Counted from the first letter of the stretch, positions 1 through 11,776 are shown. The stretch is 64,000 nt of DNA from an uncultured Actinomycetota bacterium (GCA_963729015.1 CAVSMJ010000007.1:13094-77093), one strand, 5' to 3'. A program made the numbers and translations. Notes: a model not told the origin generated them from the sequence alone.

Positions 1-5
1 GGCAC

Positions 6-22
6 TCGCCCGGAACGGGTGA
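6..22. promoter_or_regulatory. Palindromic site TCGCCC-N5-GGGTGA upstream of MFS gene (copy 1 of a 3-copy motif)
   Basis: tcgccc-ggaac-gggtga at 6-22; related palindromes at 2733-2749 and 42597-42613, each upstream of a gene start. Confidence 0.5.
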
Positions 23-71
23 AGGCGCTCCGTCGCGGCGTCCACCTAGCGTGACGGGCGAAGGGAGCCAG

Positions 72-1573
72 ATGAGCGAGGTCGCGAAGCAGACGAGCCG
101 GGCCGGGGGCGTGCTGGCCGCGACCTGCATCTCCACCCTGGTCGTCAACGCCAACACCTCGGCGGTGAGCATCCTGCTGCCGGCGATCAGCGATGACACC
201 GGCATGTCGGTCGACACCCTCCAGTGGGCGGTGACCGGCTACTCCCTCGTCGGCGCGGCGGTGATCATCACCTCCGGCTCGCTGGGAGACGTGTTCGGCC
301 GCAAACGGATCTTCCAGCTCGGCCTGCTGCTGTTCGTGGTCTCCTGCGTCCTGATCGCGCTGGCCCAGGGCGGCGAGCTCGTCATCGCCGGGCGTCTGAT
401 CCAGGGGGCGGCCGGAGCCACGATCCTGGCCTGCGGGCTGAGCCTGCTCACGGTCGCCACCAGCGACGAGGAACAGCTGCGGGCCGTCTCCCTGTGGGGC
501 GCGGCGGCGGCCGTCGGGGCGGCGGCCGGGCCGCTGCTCGGTGGCGTGCTCGTCGAGGTCACCGGCTGGCAGGGCTTGTTCTGGATCGACGCCGGGGTCG
601 CCGTCGGCGTGCATGGTGCTGACCTACGCGACGGTGGCCGAGTCGCGCGATCCCGACCGGCCGAGGTCGATCGACTACGCCGGCACCGTGCTGGTCGCGC
701 TCACCCTGATGCCGCTGATCCTCGGGCGTCAGCAAGAGCGGCGACTGGGGCTGGATCTCCGTGGCGACCCTGGGCTGCTTCGCCATCTCGGTCGCGGCCG
801 GCTTCGCCTTCGTCGCGGTCGAGCAGCGGGTGGCGGTCCCTCTGCTGGATCTCCAGCTGCTGCGCAACCGGATCCTGGTCGGCGCCACGCTCGCCATCCT
901 GATCGGTGCCGGCACGATCAACGGGCTGATGTACCTGCTCAGCCTGTACTTCCAGGACCCCGCCACCCTCGACATGTCGCCCGCTCCAGGCCGGGCTCGC
1001 GACTCTGCCCGCGACGGTTGGCCTGGTCGTGGTGGCGCCGCTCGTGCCGAAGCTGGCCAAGCGTTTCGGCGGTCGTCAGACCATCGGCGCGGGCTTCGTC
1101 ATCACCACCGCCGGCTTCGTGGCCATCGGCTTCGTCCAGGACTCGTGGCAGTACGCGGCTTTCCTCCTCCCACTGGTGGCCATCGCGGTCGGCATGGGCC
1201 TGTCGAACGGACCGTCGTCGTCGGCGGCAACGTCGTGCGTCGACGAGGAGCAGGTCGGCGAGGCGTCCGGGGTCTCGAACATGGCCCGGTACGTCGGGGC
1301 CGCTGTCGCCACGGCACTGGCTGCCACGGTCTACGGCTCCGTGATCGCCAACCAGACCGAGGACGGCGCCTCGGCTGCGGACGCACTCTCCTCCGGCCTC
1401 GCGGCCGCGTCGTGGGTGATGACCGTGATCAGCGCCCTGGGCATCCTGCTCGCCGTCGTCGCCATCCGGCGCCACCGCGCTGCCACCGGCACCCTCCAGG
1501 ACGCTGCCGCCTCCGCAGCCGCGCACCTGCACACGCTGCCGACCACGTGCGTCGCCAGCATCCGCACAGCTGA
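72..1573 (+). CDS. MFS transporter (DHA2/14-TMS-like), split by frameshifts
   Basis: MFS motif A GSLGDVFGRKR, GRLIQG, GPLLGG; hydrophobic helices continue across ORFs 51-902, 761-1573 and 1029-1766. Confidence 0.85.
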
Positions 1574-1586
1574 GGAGAGCAGCGCC

Positions 1587-2730
1587 ATGACCGAAACCCC
1601 CCACGCCACCGCGGTTCCCTTCACGAGCAGCGACTACGCCGCGCGGATGGCAGCGGGTGGTGGACTCCGGCAGTCGCGGCCGGGCTCGACGGCGTGCTGG
1701 TCACCCCGGGCCCCGACCTCGTCTGGCTCACGGCGTACCAGCCGACCGCCATCACCGAACGCATGAGCATGCTGTTCCTGACACCGGACCGGGAGCCGAC
1801 GCTGCTGGTGCCGACCCTCGAGCGACCGGACGCCGAGGGTGCGGAGGGCAGCTCCGGCCTCACGCTGATGGACTGGCCGGACGGCGCCGACCCGTACGCC
1901 GCCGCGAGCGCGATTGCTGCGCCCGGACGGGCGTTACGGCGATCTCCGACTCCGCCTGGGCGATGCACCTGCTCGGCCTGCAGCGTCGCTCCCCGGACTC
2001 GCGCTACAGCTCGCTGACCCAGAGCCTGCCGATGCTGCGGGCGGTCAAGGACGACAACGAGCTGGCCCGGCTCGCGGCGGCCGGCGCGGCCGCTGACGCG
2101 ACGTACGGCGAGATCGTCAAGGTGCGCTTCGCCGGCCGGCGGGAGACCGACGTGGCCGGCCGACCTGGCCGGCCTGCTGCGGCAGCTTCGGGCACGAGCA
2201 GGTCGACTTCACCGTCGTCGGCTCGGGGCCCAACGGCGCCAACCCGCACCACGAGGCCGGTGAGCGGATGATCGAGGAGGGCGACGCGATCGTGCTCGAC
2301 TTCGGCGGGCTGATGTTCGGCTACGGCTCGGACACCAGCCGCACCGTGTGCGTCGGCGAACCGACGGCACAGATCCGCGAGGTCCACGAGATCGTGCGCC
2401 AGGCCCAGCAGGCAGGGGTCGAGGCGGTCCGGCCCGGCGTGGCCTGCCAGGAGATCGACCGCGCCGCCCGGCGCGGTGATCACCGAGGCGGGGTACGGCG
2501 AGCAGTTCATCCACCGCACCGGCCACGGCATCGGCGTCACCACCCACGAGCCGCCGTACATGATCGAGGGCGAGGAGCAGCCACTCGTGCCGGGCATGTG
2601 CTTCTCGGTCGAGCCGGGCATCTACCTGGCCGGGAAGTTCGGCGTGCGGATCGAGGACATCGTCGCGGTCACCGCCGACGGCGGACGGCGGCTCAACAAC
2701 ACCGCACGCGACCTGCACATCGTGGAGTGA
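1587..2730 (+). CDS. Xaa-Pro aminopeptidase (M24B family), frameshifted
   Basis: Motifs GPNGANPHH, VLDFGG..GYGSDTSRT, HRTGHGIG..HEPP, SVEPGIY, GVRIEDIV across ORFs 1694, 1657, 2268 and 2476; ATG at 1587 after gaggag. Confidence 0.9.
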
Positions 2731-2732
2731 AC

Positions 2733-2749
2733 TCACCCATCTCGGGTGA
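2733..2749. promoter_or_regulatory. Perfect palindrome TCACCC-N5-GGGTGA upstream of APC permease (copy 2)
   Basis: tcaccc-atctc-gggtga directly after the peptidase stop and 75 nt before the permease ATG. Confidence 0.55.
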
Positions 2750-2823
2750 CGCCGACAGATGAGGCCCCGCAGTGAACATGGCGTGCAGGGGATCGTGTGC
2801 CACCGCCCTCCGAGGAGGCGCCG

Positions 2824-4289
2824 ATGAGTGCCATGGACATGCCGGCGGACCGGCCGGTCGCCAAGTCGGCCGCGCGGGCAAGGGTGCCGGCCACCACCTG
2901 GATCTCCTGGGTCGCCCTGGCCATGATGACGACCAGCTCGGTGGCCAGCCTGCGGGCGTCGCCGACGATGGCGGTCTACGGGCTGGCCTGCGTGTTCCTC
3001 TACCTCGTCCCCGCGATCGTGTTCCTGCTGCCGACCTCGCTGGTCTCCGCGGAGCTCGCGTCGGGCTACGACGGCGGCATCTACAACTGGGTCTCGCAGG
3101 GCATCTCCAAGCCGATGGGCTTCCTCGCGGTCTGGTGCCAGTTCGCGATGACGATCTTCTACTACCCGAGCCTGCTCGGGTTCGTCGCGAGCACGCTCGC
3201 CTACGTGTTCAACCCGGAGCTGGCCTCGAGCGGGGTGTGGACGGCCGTGGTCATCGTGGTCGTCTACTGGACCGGCGTCTGGGTCTCGTCGCGAGGTACG
3301 TCGGGCGTCGCCGGCCTGGCCAGCATGGGCCTGATCATCGGCACGCTGATCCCCGGCGCGGTGCTGGTCATCCTCGGCGTCGTCTTCCTCGGCCAGGGCA
3401 ACCCGTCGGCCGCGCCGATGAACGCCGACCACCTGCTGCCGGCGTGGGCCGGGCTGTCCAGCCTCGTGCTGATCGTCAACAACTTCCTGTCCTACTCGGG
3501 CATGGAGATGAACGCGGTGCACGTGTGCTCGCTGCAGAACCCGGGCAAGGAGTTCCCGAAGGCGATGTTCCTGGCGATGGGCCTGGTGCTGCTGATCTTC
3601 ATCCTGCCCGCGCTGGCGATCAGCTGGGTGGTGCCGGCCGACGAGCTGTCCCTGACCGCCGGCGTGATGCAGGCCTTCGACGCGGTGTTCGCCGAGTTCG
3701 GCACGCAGTGGCTGACCCCGATCTTCGGCATCATGCTGGTCGCCGCCTCGCTCGGCGGCATGCTCACCTGGCTGGCCGGGCCGTCCAAGGGCCTGCTGCT
3801 GATCTCCCGCGAGGAGGGCTACCTGCCGCCGTACCTGCAGCAGCTGAACAAGAACGGCGTGCAGCAGAACATCCTCGTCGCGCAGGGCCTGCTCACCACG
3901 GTGATCGCCCTCGGCTACGCGCTGATCCCCGACGTCTCCAGCGCGTACTGGATCTTCTCGGTGATCACCACGCAGGTGTACCTGATCATGTACCTGCTGA
4001 TGTTCGTCGCCGCCGTCAGACTGCGGCGCAACGACCCCGACCACCCGCGCGGCTATCGCGCGCCCGATGCTCGTCGGCCTGTGCGGCGTCGGCTTCGCCG
4101 CCTCGCTGGCCGCGCTGCTCGTCGGGTTCATCCCGCCGTCGCAGTTCGGTGGCGGCAGCGGCTGGCAGCTACTTCCTGATCGTCGGCGGCGGCGCGCTGG
4201 GCCTCGGCCTGCTGGTGCCGTTCCTGTTCTACCGGCTGCGCAAGCCGTCGTGGAAGCAGCCTGCCAACGCGGAGGTGAGCGAGTCATGA
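2824..4289 (+). CDS. APC-family amino acid permease (GadC-like antiporter), C-terminus frameshifted
   Basis: About 12 TM helices; SLVSAELA, GGIYNWV, FLSYSGME, WLAGPSKGL, LNKNGV motifs typical of GadC/YjeM; RBS gaggagg before ATG 2824. Confidence 0.85.
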
Positions 4290-4740
4290 GCGACGTACAC
4301 GCACGAGCCGGAGCACCACAACCGCTGGGTCTACTGGGGTGCCTGGATCCTGCTGGTCGTGCTTCATGGTGATCGGGCTGTTCACCTTCAGCGCGGCCAA
4401 CGAGAGCCGGCAGGCCAGCGAGAAGGCCGACCAGCTGATCGCCGCCCTCGAGGACGCTGGGTGCGACGCAGCCTGCCGTCGAAGGACCAGATCGTCCGGG
4501 TGCTCGGCGACGACGGCGGCGCGATCTGCGACGACCCGAGCGAGCGCACTGCGCAAGGCGACGCTCTACTCGATGATGCAGCAACGGCGCCGCGGGCCCG
4601 GGCATGCGGCCGGTCGATCGCCGACACGCGAGCCGTCCAGGGCCAGCTGGCCGTGATCCAGGTCTACTGCCCCGACGAGCTCGAGGACTTCAAGAGCTAC
4701 GTCAGCGACCTGAAGTACGACGACGTGGTGAACCGAGTGA
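4286..4740 (+). CDS. Hypothetical membrane-anchored protein with Cys residues, frameshifted
   Basis: ATGA overlap with permease stop; N-terminal TM then LGDDGGAICDDP and IQVYCPDEL; end approximate. Confidence 0.6.
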
Positions 4741-4744
4741 GCGC

Positions 4745-6096
4745 GTGGACCTGCAGGAGCGCGTCGCCGACCTGATGCCGCGCGTGCGCGACGAGCTCGC
4801 CGAGCTGGTCGCGATCAAGTCGGTGGCCGACCCGCGGCAGTTCCCGCCGGAGGAGTGCGAGCGGGCCGCGCAGTGGGTGCTGGACGCCTTCCGCGCGGAG
4901 GGCTTCACCGACATCCGGCTGCACGAGACCGCGGACGGCAGCAAGGCCGTGGTGGGCAGCCGGCCGGGTCCGGGACCGGACGCGCCGACGGTGCTGCTCT
5001 ACGCGCACTACGACGTGCAGCCGCCGCTGGACGACGACGCCTGGCGCACCCCGCCGTTCGAGCTGACCGAGGTCGACGGCCGCTGGTTCGGCCGCGGCGC
5101 CGCCGACTGCAAGGGCAACATCGTGATGCACCTGACCGCGCTGCGTGCCCTCGGCGACGACGTCCCGGTCAACCTCAAGCTGGTCGTCGAGGGCTCCGAG
5201 GAGCAGGGCACCGGCGGGCTCGAGGACTTCGTGCCCAAGAACGCCGACCTGCTCCGCGCCGACGCGATCCTGGTCTGCGACACCGGCAACGCCGCCGTCG
5301 GCACCCCGGCGGTGACCGTCAGCCTGCGCGGCATGGTCAACGTCGTCGTGCACGTCGAGGCGCTGCCCAGCGAGCTGCACTCCGGCATGTTCGGCGGCGC
5401 CGCCCCGGACGCGCTGGCGGCGCTGGTCGTCGATGCTGGCGACCCTGCGCGACGCGGCGGCGACACCACGGTCCGCGGCCTCGAGCAACGACCAGACGCT
5501 GGACCGGAGCGCCGTACGCCGCCGACGCGTTCCGGAGCGACGCCGGGCTGCACCGACGGTGGAGTCCTGCTCGGCGCCGGCTCGGTCTCGGACATGCTCT
5601 GGGCCCGGCCGGCGCTCACCATCCTCGGCATCGACTGCCCGCCGGTGGTCGGGTCGACGGCGGCGATCGTCCCGAAGGCGAGCGCCCGGCTGAACCTGCG
5701 GATCCCGCCGGGCACCGATCCGGAGCAGGCCGAGGCGGCGCTCACCGAGCACCTGCGCGTCGGCCGCGCCGTGGGGCGTCGAGGTCACCGTGGAGACCGA
5801 GGCGACCGGCAGCCCGTTCCGCGCCGACACCGACGGACCGGCGTACGACGCCATGCGCGGTGCGATGAGCGAGGCCTACGGCCGCGAGATGGTGCTGCTC
5901 GGGCAGGGCGGGTCGATCCCGCTGTGCAACGTCTTCGCCGAGACCTACCCCGACGCCGAGCTGCTCCTGATGGGCGTCGAGGAGCCGCTGGCGCTGATCC
6001 ACGCGCCCAACGAGAGCGTCGACCCCAGCGAGATCGCGCGGCGTCGCCACGGCCGAGGCGCTCTTCCTGCAGCAGTACGCCGCCGCGCGCGGCTGA
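4745..6096 (+). CDS. M20 family dipeptidase, frameshifted
   Basis: LLYAHYDVQP, GRGAADCKG, EGSEE, LHSGMFGG, GQGGSIP, IHAPNES motifs; stop TGA 6094-6096. Confidence 0.9.
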
Positions 6097-6112
6097 CGCG
6101 CCACGAAAAAAC

Positions 6113-6184
6113 GGAGGCAATTCCTCCATTTCTCTTGCGCTCTGCCCGGTGGCATGCCTAGATTGAAGCGGAGGAAATTCCTCC
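6113..6184. promoter_or_regulatory. Two operator-like palindromes GGAGG-(C/A)AATT-CCTCC upstream of MFS/VOC genes
   Basis: ggaggcaattcctcc at 6113-6127 and ggaggaaattcctcc at 6170-6184, 57 bp apart in an AT-richer intergenic region. Confidence 0.7.
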
Positions 6185-6205
6185 ACTTCGTTCCAGGAGC
6201 ACCCG

Positions 6206-7626
6206 ATGAGCACCGCCACTCGCACCCCCACCGACACCCGTTGGCTCGCCCTCGTCGTGGTCGCCGTCGCCCAGCTGATGGTGGCCCTGGACGCGACGAT
6301 CGTGAACATCGCACTGCCGTCGGCCCAGGCGGCGCTCGGCTTCGACGACGCGGACCGGACCTGGGTGGTCACCGCCTACACCTGCACCCTGGCCGGCCTG
6401 CTCCTCCTCGGCGGACGGGTGGCCGACCGGGTCGGTCGCAGGCGCGCGTTCCTGGGCGGGCTCGCCGGGTTCGCGGCCGCGTCGGCCCTGGCCGGCTTCG
6501 CGCCCAGCTTCGAGGTCCTGGTCGCGGGACGCGCCCTGCAGGGTGCCTTCGCCGCGGTGCTGACCCCGACGGCACTCTCGCTGGTCGCCACCACGTTCAC
6601 CGACCCGAAGGAGCGGGCCAAGGCGTTCGGGGTGTACGGCGCGGTGGCCTCCAGCGGTGCGGCCGTCGGGCTGCTGGTGGGCGGCGTGCTGACCGAGTAC
6701 GCCGGGTGGCGCTGGTGCCTGTTCGTCAACGTCGTCGTCGCGGTGGCCGCCTCCGTGGCCGGTCGCGCCGTACTTCCCCACGACCGCGGGTACCCCGAGT
6801 CGAAGATCGACCCGCTCTCCGGCGCTCTCGTCACCGGCGGCCTGATGGCCATCGTGCTCGGCTGCGCCCAGGCGGCGTCGCACGGCTGGACGTCCAGCCA
6901 GGTGCTCGTGCCCGGGCTGGTCGGCCTCGGCCTGCTCACGCTGTTCCTGGTGCGACAGGCGCGGATGTCGGCGCCGTTGCTGCCGTTGTGGCTGCTGCGC
7001 GACCGCAACCGGGCCGGTGCCTATGTCGCCGTGGCCGTTTCCGTGGTGGGCTCGTTCGGGATGTTCCTGATGCTGACCTACCACTTCCAGGTCGTGCTCG
7101 GCTGGTCGCCGGTGCGGGCCGGGCTGGCCTTCCTGCCCCTGTCCGTGGCGGTGTCGGCCAGCGCCTACGGCCTCGGCAGCCGCCTGCTCCCGCGCGTCGC
7201 GCCGCGCGCCCTGATGGCTCCCGGGCTCGCGATCGCCGCGGCCGGCCTGTTCCTGCTGACGACGCTCACGCCGACCAGCGACTACGTGTCCGTGATCCTG
7301 CCGGCCGAGGTACTCCTCGGCACCGGCATGGGACTGGTGTTCACACCGGCGATCAGCGTCGTCACGAGCGGGGTCGAGCCGAGGTACGCCGGCGTCGCCG
7401 CTGCCACCGCGAACACCGCCATGCAGGTCGGCGGCTCGGTGGGGACGGCCGTGCTGAACAGCCTCGCGGTCGCCGCCACCGCGTCGTACGCCGCCACGGC
7501 GACCGACCCCGGGACGCCCTCGTCCACGGCTACGCCACCGCCACCGGCTGGTCCGCGATCGCCCTCGCCGTCGTCGCGGTGCTGGTCGTGGTCCTCGTCC
7601 GCACCACCGCACAGAAGGAGAACTGA
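6206..7626 (+). CDS. MFS efflux transporter (DHA2), one frameshift near 7510
   Basis: LDATIVNIALPS, GGRVADRVGRRR, WRWCLFVNV; true C-terminus ..VVLVRTTAQKEN* in the alternative frame. Confidence 0.9.
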
Positions 7627-7627
7627 G

Positions 7628-8011
7628 ATGTCCGTCCAGCTGAACCACACCATCGTCCACGCCCGCGACAAGCAGGAGACGGCCCGGCACCTCGTCGAGA
7701 TCCTCGGCCTGCCGGAGCCCACCACCTTCGGGCCGTTCGTCGTCGTCCAGGTGAGCAACGGAGTCTCGCTCGACGTCGCTGACGACCACGGCGAGCCGCA
7801 CTCGCAGCACTACGCGTTCCTGGTCTCCGAGGAGGAGTTCGACGCCATCCACGGACGCATCCAGGAGCGCGGCCTCGACTGGTGGGCCGACCCGTTCCAC
7901 CGGCGCCCCGGCGAGGTCAACCACGACGACGGCGGTCGCGGGCTCTACTGGAACGACCCCAACGGGCACAGCCTGGAGATCCTCACCGTGCCCTACGGCG
8001 GGTGGGCGTGA
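7628..8011 (+). CDS. VOC/glyoxalase family protein
   Basis: MSVQLNHTIV, QHYAFLVSEEEFD, GGRGLYWNDPNGHSLEI; own RBS aaggag and ATG at 7628. Confidence 0.9.
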   Translation: MSVQLNHTIVHARDKQETARHLVEILGLPEPTTFGPFVVVQVSNGVSLDVADDHGEPHSQHYAFLVSEEEFDAIHGRIQERGLDWWADPFHRRPGEVNHDDGGRGLYWNDPNGHSLEILTVPYGGWA

Positions 8012-8093
8012 TGGCTGCGCGCCACGACGAGAGCACGGCAGCCCGGCTCTCCCGGCGCTCGCTCGTCGCGGCGGCCGCCGGGGTCCGGCTGGC

Positions 8094-10407
8094 TCAGCCG
8101 ACGGGCTGAGGCTGCTCCTCGACCGCGCGGGCGTCGTCGGGGACCTGCAGGGCGGTGAGCGCCTCGCCCTCGACGTCGACGTTCGGGAGCAGGCGGTCCA
8201 GCCACCTCGGCAGCCACCAGGCGGCGTCGCCGAGCAGGTACATCACCGACGGGATCAGCACCATCCGGACCACGAAGGCGTCGAAGAACACCGCCGCCGC
8301 CAGGGCGAACCCGATCGACTGGATCAGCGCGTTGTCCTGCAGCATGAAGGCCGCGAAGACCGAGATCATGATGGTCGCGGCGGCCGTGACCACCCGGGCT
8401 CCGTGACGGAACCCGTCGACCACGGCCTCGCGCGCCGACGCCCCGTGCACGAAGGCCTCGCGCATGCGGGTCACCAGGAACACCTGGTAGTCCATCGCCA
8501 GGCCGAAGACGATCCCGATCACGATGATCGGCATGAAGCTCACCAGCGGTTGCCCCTCGACCAGGCCGAACAGACCCTCCTGGAAGACCAGGACCGTCGC
8601 GCCGAGCGTGGCCAGCACGGACAGCAGGAAGCCGAGGGTCGCCGTCAGCGGCACCAGGATCGAGCGGAACACCACCATCAGCAGCAGGAACGCCAGCCCG
8701 ATGACCACCGCGAGGTAGGTCGGCAACGCGTCGGTCAGCCGGTCGGACACGTCGGTCTGGATCGCGGTGAGCCCGGTGACGCCGACGGTCGTGGCGGTGG
8801 CCTGCTCGATCGAGGCCTGGTCGGCGCGGAGGTCGTTGAGCAGGTCGACCGTCGACTGCGCGTCCGGTCCGCTCTTCGGGGTGATCAGGATCTGGGCGCC
8901 GGTGCCGGCCTCGTTCATGCCGACGATCTGGACGTTGGCCACGTCGGGCTTGGCGGCGGCCCAGGCCACGACGTCGTCGTACGCCGCACCGCGGTCCGCT
9001 GCGGCAGCGTCGCGACCGTCGACGACGAGGAGCAACGGCGCCTCGCGGCCGGGTCCGAACGCGTCGCTGATCAGGTCGGAGGCCTTGCGCTGCGTGGTGT
9101 CCACGGCTGCGGTGGAGTCGCTCGGCAGGGCGAGGTGCAGTCCCGAGATCGGGACCGCCAGCGCCCCGAGGCCGATGACGACCAGCATGGCCACGGCGAC
9201 CGGCGCCTTGCCCAGCATGCGCGCCCAGCGGACGCCGCCGTTGAGGATCTGGCCGTCGTCGTCGCGGGTGACGCGCGTGCGGCGCACCGAGCCCCCGAAG
9301 GCCTTGGACTTCAGCACGCCGAGGATGGCGGGGAGCAGCGTCAGGGCCACCAGCACCGCCATGAACACCGTGCCGGCTGCGGCCAGACCCATGTTGGTCA
9401 GGAACGGGATGCCCACGATCGACAGCGCAGACAGGGCGATCAGCACCGTCAGCCCGGCGAAGACGACCGCCGACCCGGCCGTCCCGACCGCACGGCCGAC
9501 GGCTTCCTCACGGTCGTCGGTGTGGTGCAGCTCGGTGCGGTAGCGCGACAGGATGAACAACGTGTAGTCGATGCCGACCGCCAGGCCGACCATGGTCGCC
9601 AGGATGGGCGTGGTCGTGCCGACCGTGGTGAACGCGGTGGCGATGCTGATGCCGAGGACGCCGAGTCCGACGCCCACCAGGGCGGCGAGGATCGGCAGCC
9701 CGGCCGCGACCAGCGAACCGAAGGTGATGATCAGCACGATGAGCGCGATGCCGATACCGATCAGCTCGCTCTTGCCGCCTGCCTCGACCATCGCCTGCAT
9801 GCCGGAGCCGTTGGCCTCGACGGTCAGTCCGCCGTCGCGGGCGGTGTCGAGCGACGTCGATGAGCTTCGTCCTGCGTCGCCGGCTTCACGTCGGCGACCG
9901 AGCTTGACGTCGTAGGTCCAGGAGATCGTGCCGACCCGGCCGTCCTCGCTCGATCGGCAGCAGGGCCTTCGCGTCGGCCTCGGCGGTGGCGGTCGGCTTG
10001 CCCGACTTCGCGGCGGCCTCCATCGCCTGGGGGTACTGCGCGTCGGCGGCCTGCACCGGGTTGGCCAGCTGCACCTTCGGCATCTGCGGCAGGGCCTGGA
10101 GGTCGTCGACGAGCGCGTCGACCTGGTCGGCGTACGCCGGCTCGCGGAGGGTGTGGCCCTCGGGCGCGGCGACGACGACCGTCGCGCCCGCCTGGTCCTC
10201 GGCGTTCGCGGTGTCGGCGAAGAGCTCCTTCTGGAGGTCCTGCGCCTTCAGGGAGGGGATGCCGGGGATCGAGAAGGTGTCGACCATCGGCTTGGAGACC
10301 GTGCCGGCGAGGGCGGCGACGCCGATCAGGGCGACGAGCCAGGCCGCGATGAAGACGGGCCAGCGGCGGTAGGCGGTCTTGCCGAGGCGGTAGAGCAGGG
10401 TGGCCAT
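8094..10407 (-). CDS. MMPL/RND family transporter, frameshifted near 9850-9960
   Basis: MATLLYRLG N-terminus, GLAVGIDY, GTAGSAVVFAG, FGLAMDYQVFLVTRMRE, WWLPRWLDRLLPNVDVEG. Confidence 0.9.
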
Positions 10408-10439
10408 GGTTTCTCCTGGAAGAAGGCGTGGGGTACCAG

Positions 10440-10461
10440 CGCCACGCCGGACGGCGTGGCG
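10440..10461. other. Perfect GC hairpin between tetR and mmpL genes
   Basis: cgccacgcc-ggac-ggcgtggcg; no U-tract, so possibly an mRNA processing or stability stem. Confidence 0.4.
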
Positions 10462-10479
10462 TTCGAAGGGGGTGTGGGG

Positions 10480-11091
10480 TCAGGTCAGGAGGTCTCGGGC
10501 GGTTCCGAGCGACTCGGTGAACAAGGTGGCGAGGTCGGACTCGACGTCGTCGTCGAGGTAGCGGTCCATCGCCAGGTGGAAGCACGCGATGACCAGGGCA
10601 AGAGCCACGTCGACGCGGGCGCGCACGAACGCCTCGCCCTCGCGCTTCTCGATGTGGACCATGCAGGACTCGACACACTCCTGCAGGCGCTGGTGGGCGA
10701 GGGCGATCAGCCGCGGGTTCGCGAGCATCACCTGACGGCCACGCGCGACGTCCTCGCGGGTCCCGGGGTCGTCCTCCAGGATCGCGAACACCACGGCAGC
10801 GAGGTCATCGACCAGGTTGCCGGTGGGTCCGCCGGCGCTGAAGTCGTCGAGCTGCTCCTCGCCGAGCACGGGCGGTCCACCGAGGATCGCGTCGTCCTTG
10901 CCCGGGAAGTAGTTGAACAGGGTGCGCCGCGAGACGCCCACCTGCTCGGCCAGCTGCTCCATCGTGAAGCCGTCGAGACCGTGCTCGAGCGCCAGCTGCT
11001 GGGCGGTGGTGGTGATCCGGTGTGCGGTCAGCTCCCGCTTGCCGGTGCGCAGGGCCCCGGCCGGCAACGCGCTGCTTGCACTTTCCTTCAT
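10480..11091 (-). CDS. TetR family transcriptional regulator
   Basis: HTH GLDGFTMEQLAEQVGVSRRTLFNYFPGKDDAI; upstream of and co-oriented with mmpL. Confidence 0.9.
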   Translation of the reverse strand: MKESASSALPAGALRTGKRELTAHRITTTAQQLALEHGLDGFTMEQLAEQVGVSRRTLFNYFPGKDDAILGGPPVLGEEQLDDFSAGGPTGNLVDDLAAVVFAILEDDPGTREDVARGRQVMLANPRLIALAHQRLQECVESCMVHIEKREGEAFVRARVDVALALVIACFHLAMDRYLDDDVESDLATLFTESLGTARDLLT

Positions 11092-11127
11092 AGAGTGCAG
11101 TTTTGCACCTTCCGAATCAAAGTGCAA
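11076..11127. promoter_or_regulatory. Tandem TetR-type operators TTGCAC-N13-GTGCA overlapping the tetR start codon
   Basis: ttgcactttccttcatagagtgcag (11076-11100) and ttgcaccttccgaatcaaagtgcaa (11103-11127). Confidence 0.7.
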
Positions 11128-11776
11128 ATCGCAGGTCGGCGACGACCGTCACGGTCCCGGGCTCGACCTCGGTGAAGCCGCCGTCGGTGACCACGACCGG
11201 AGCGGTCGCCAGGAGCCGGTCCCAGTCGGCCTCCGTCGCGACGGCGACGTCGAGCGGCGCGCCCTCGGCGACCCAGGCCGTTGCGCGGGCCGGGGACAGG
11301 TCCTCGAGCACCAGCTGTGAGGCGTGCCCCACCTGGGCGGCAGCCTTGCCGGTCGTCAGGGTCACGTGCGGGTTCAGCCACAGCGTCACGTCGGCCCCGT
11401 CGTGCGTCGGCGTCGTCGGGGTCCTCGAGGGTGAGGCCACCGACCTGGAGCCGGGAGATCTCGTAGTCGACCTCGTCGACGGGTCCGGGCACGTGCACCG
11501 CCACGTCGACGCCGTAGAGCGTGGTGCCCGAAGACGCCGGGCACGGCGAGCTGGCGGGTCCAGCCCGGCGCCGCGGGCGCGTCGTACCACCTTGCGGATC
11601 GGGCCGGAGCGCCAGCTCTCGGTGCGCTCACGGACCTCCGGGTCGGCGTCGGGGCGGGTGAACGCGTGCGATGGCCAGCGCGACCGCGGAGGCCGCCGCC
11701 CGCAGCACGGCGGTGTGCGCGGCGGCGGATCCTTCTCGACGCGCACCACGATCTGCATCGCCCAGGGGACGGTCAT
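11117..11776 (-). CDS. PTH2-like peptidyl-tRNA hydrolase domain protein, frameshifted
   Basis: MQIVVRVEK, IRKVVRRARG, LTTGKAAAQVGHASQ and TDGGFTEVEPGTVT match PTH2 signatures (GKxxAQxxHA, DAGxTE). Confidence 0.75.
   Translation of the reverse strand: MTVPWAMQIVVRVEKDPPPRTPPCCGRRPPRSRWPSHAFTRPDADPEVRERTESWRSGPIRKVVRRARGAGLDPPARRARRLRAPRSTASTWRCTCPDPSTRSTTRSPGSRSVASPSRTPTTPTHDGADVTLWLNPHVTLTTGKAAAQVGHASQLVLEDLSPARATAWVAEGAPLDVAVATEADWDRLLATAPVVVTDGGFTEVEPGTVTVVADLRFAL

Noticed and set aside
2209-4605. Long antisense or shadow ORFs (e.g. 798 aa here, 676 aa at 58205-60235, 603 aa at 6158-7969)
   Set aside because: Expected in very GC-rich DNA opposite real genes; no recognisable motifs and biased composition.
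6206-8011. 601-aa MFS-VOC fusion ORF
   Set aside because: A frameshift near 7510 explains it; the MFS C-terminus and stop (7626) are in another frame, and the VOC gene has its own RBS and ATG.
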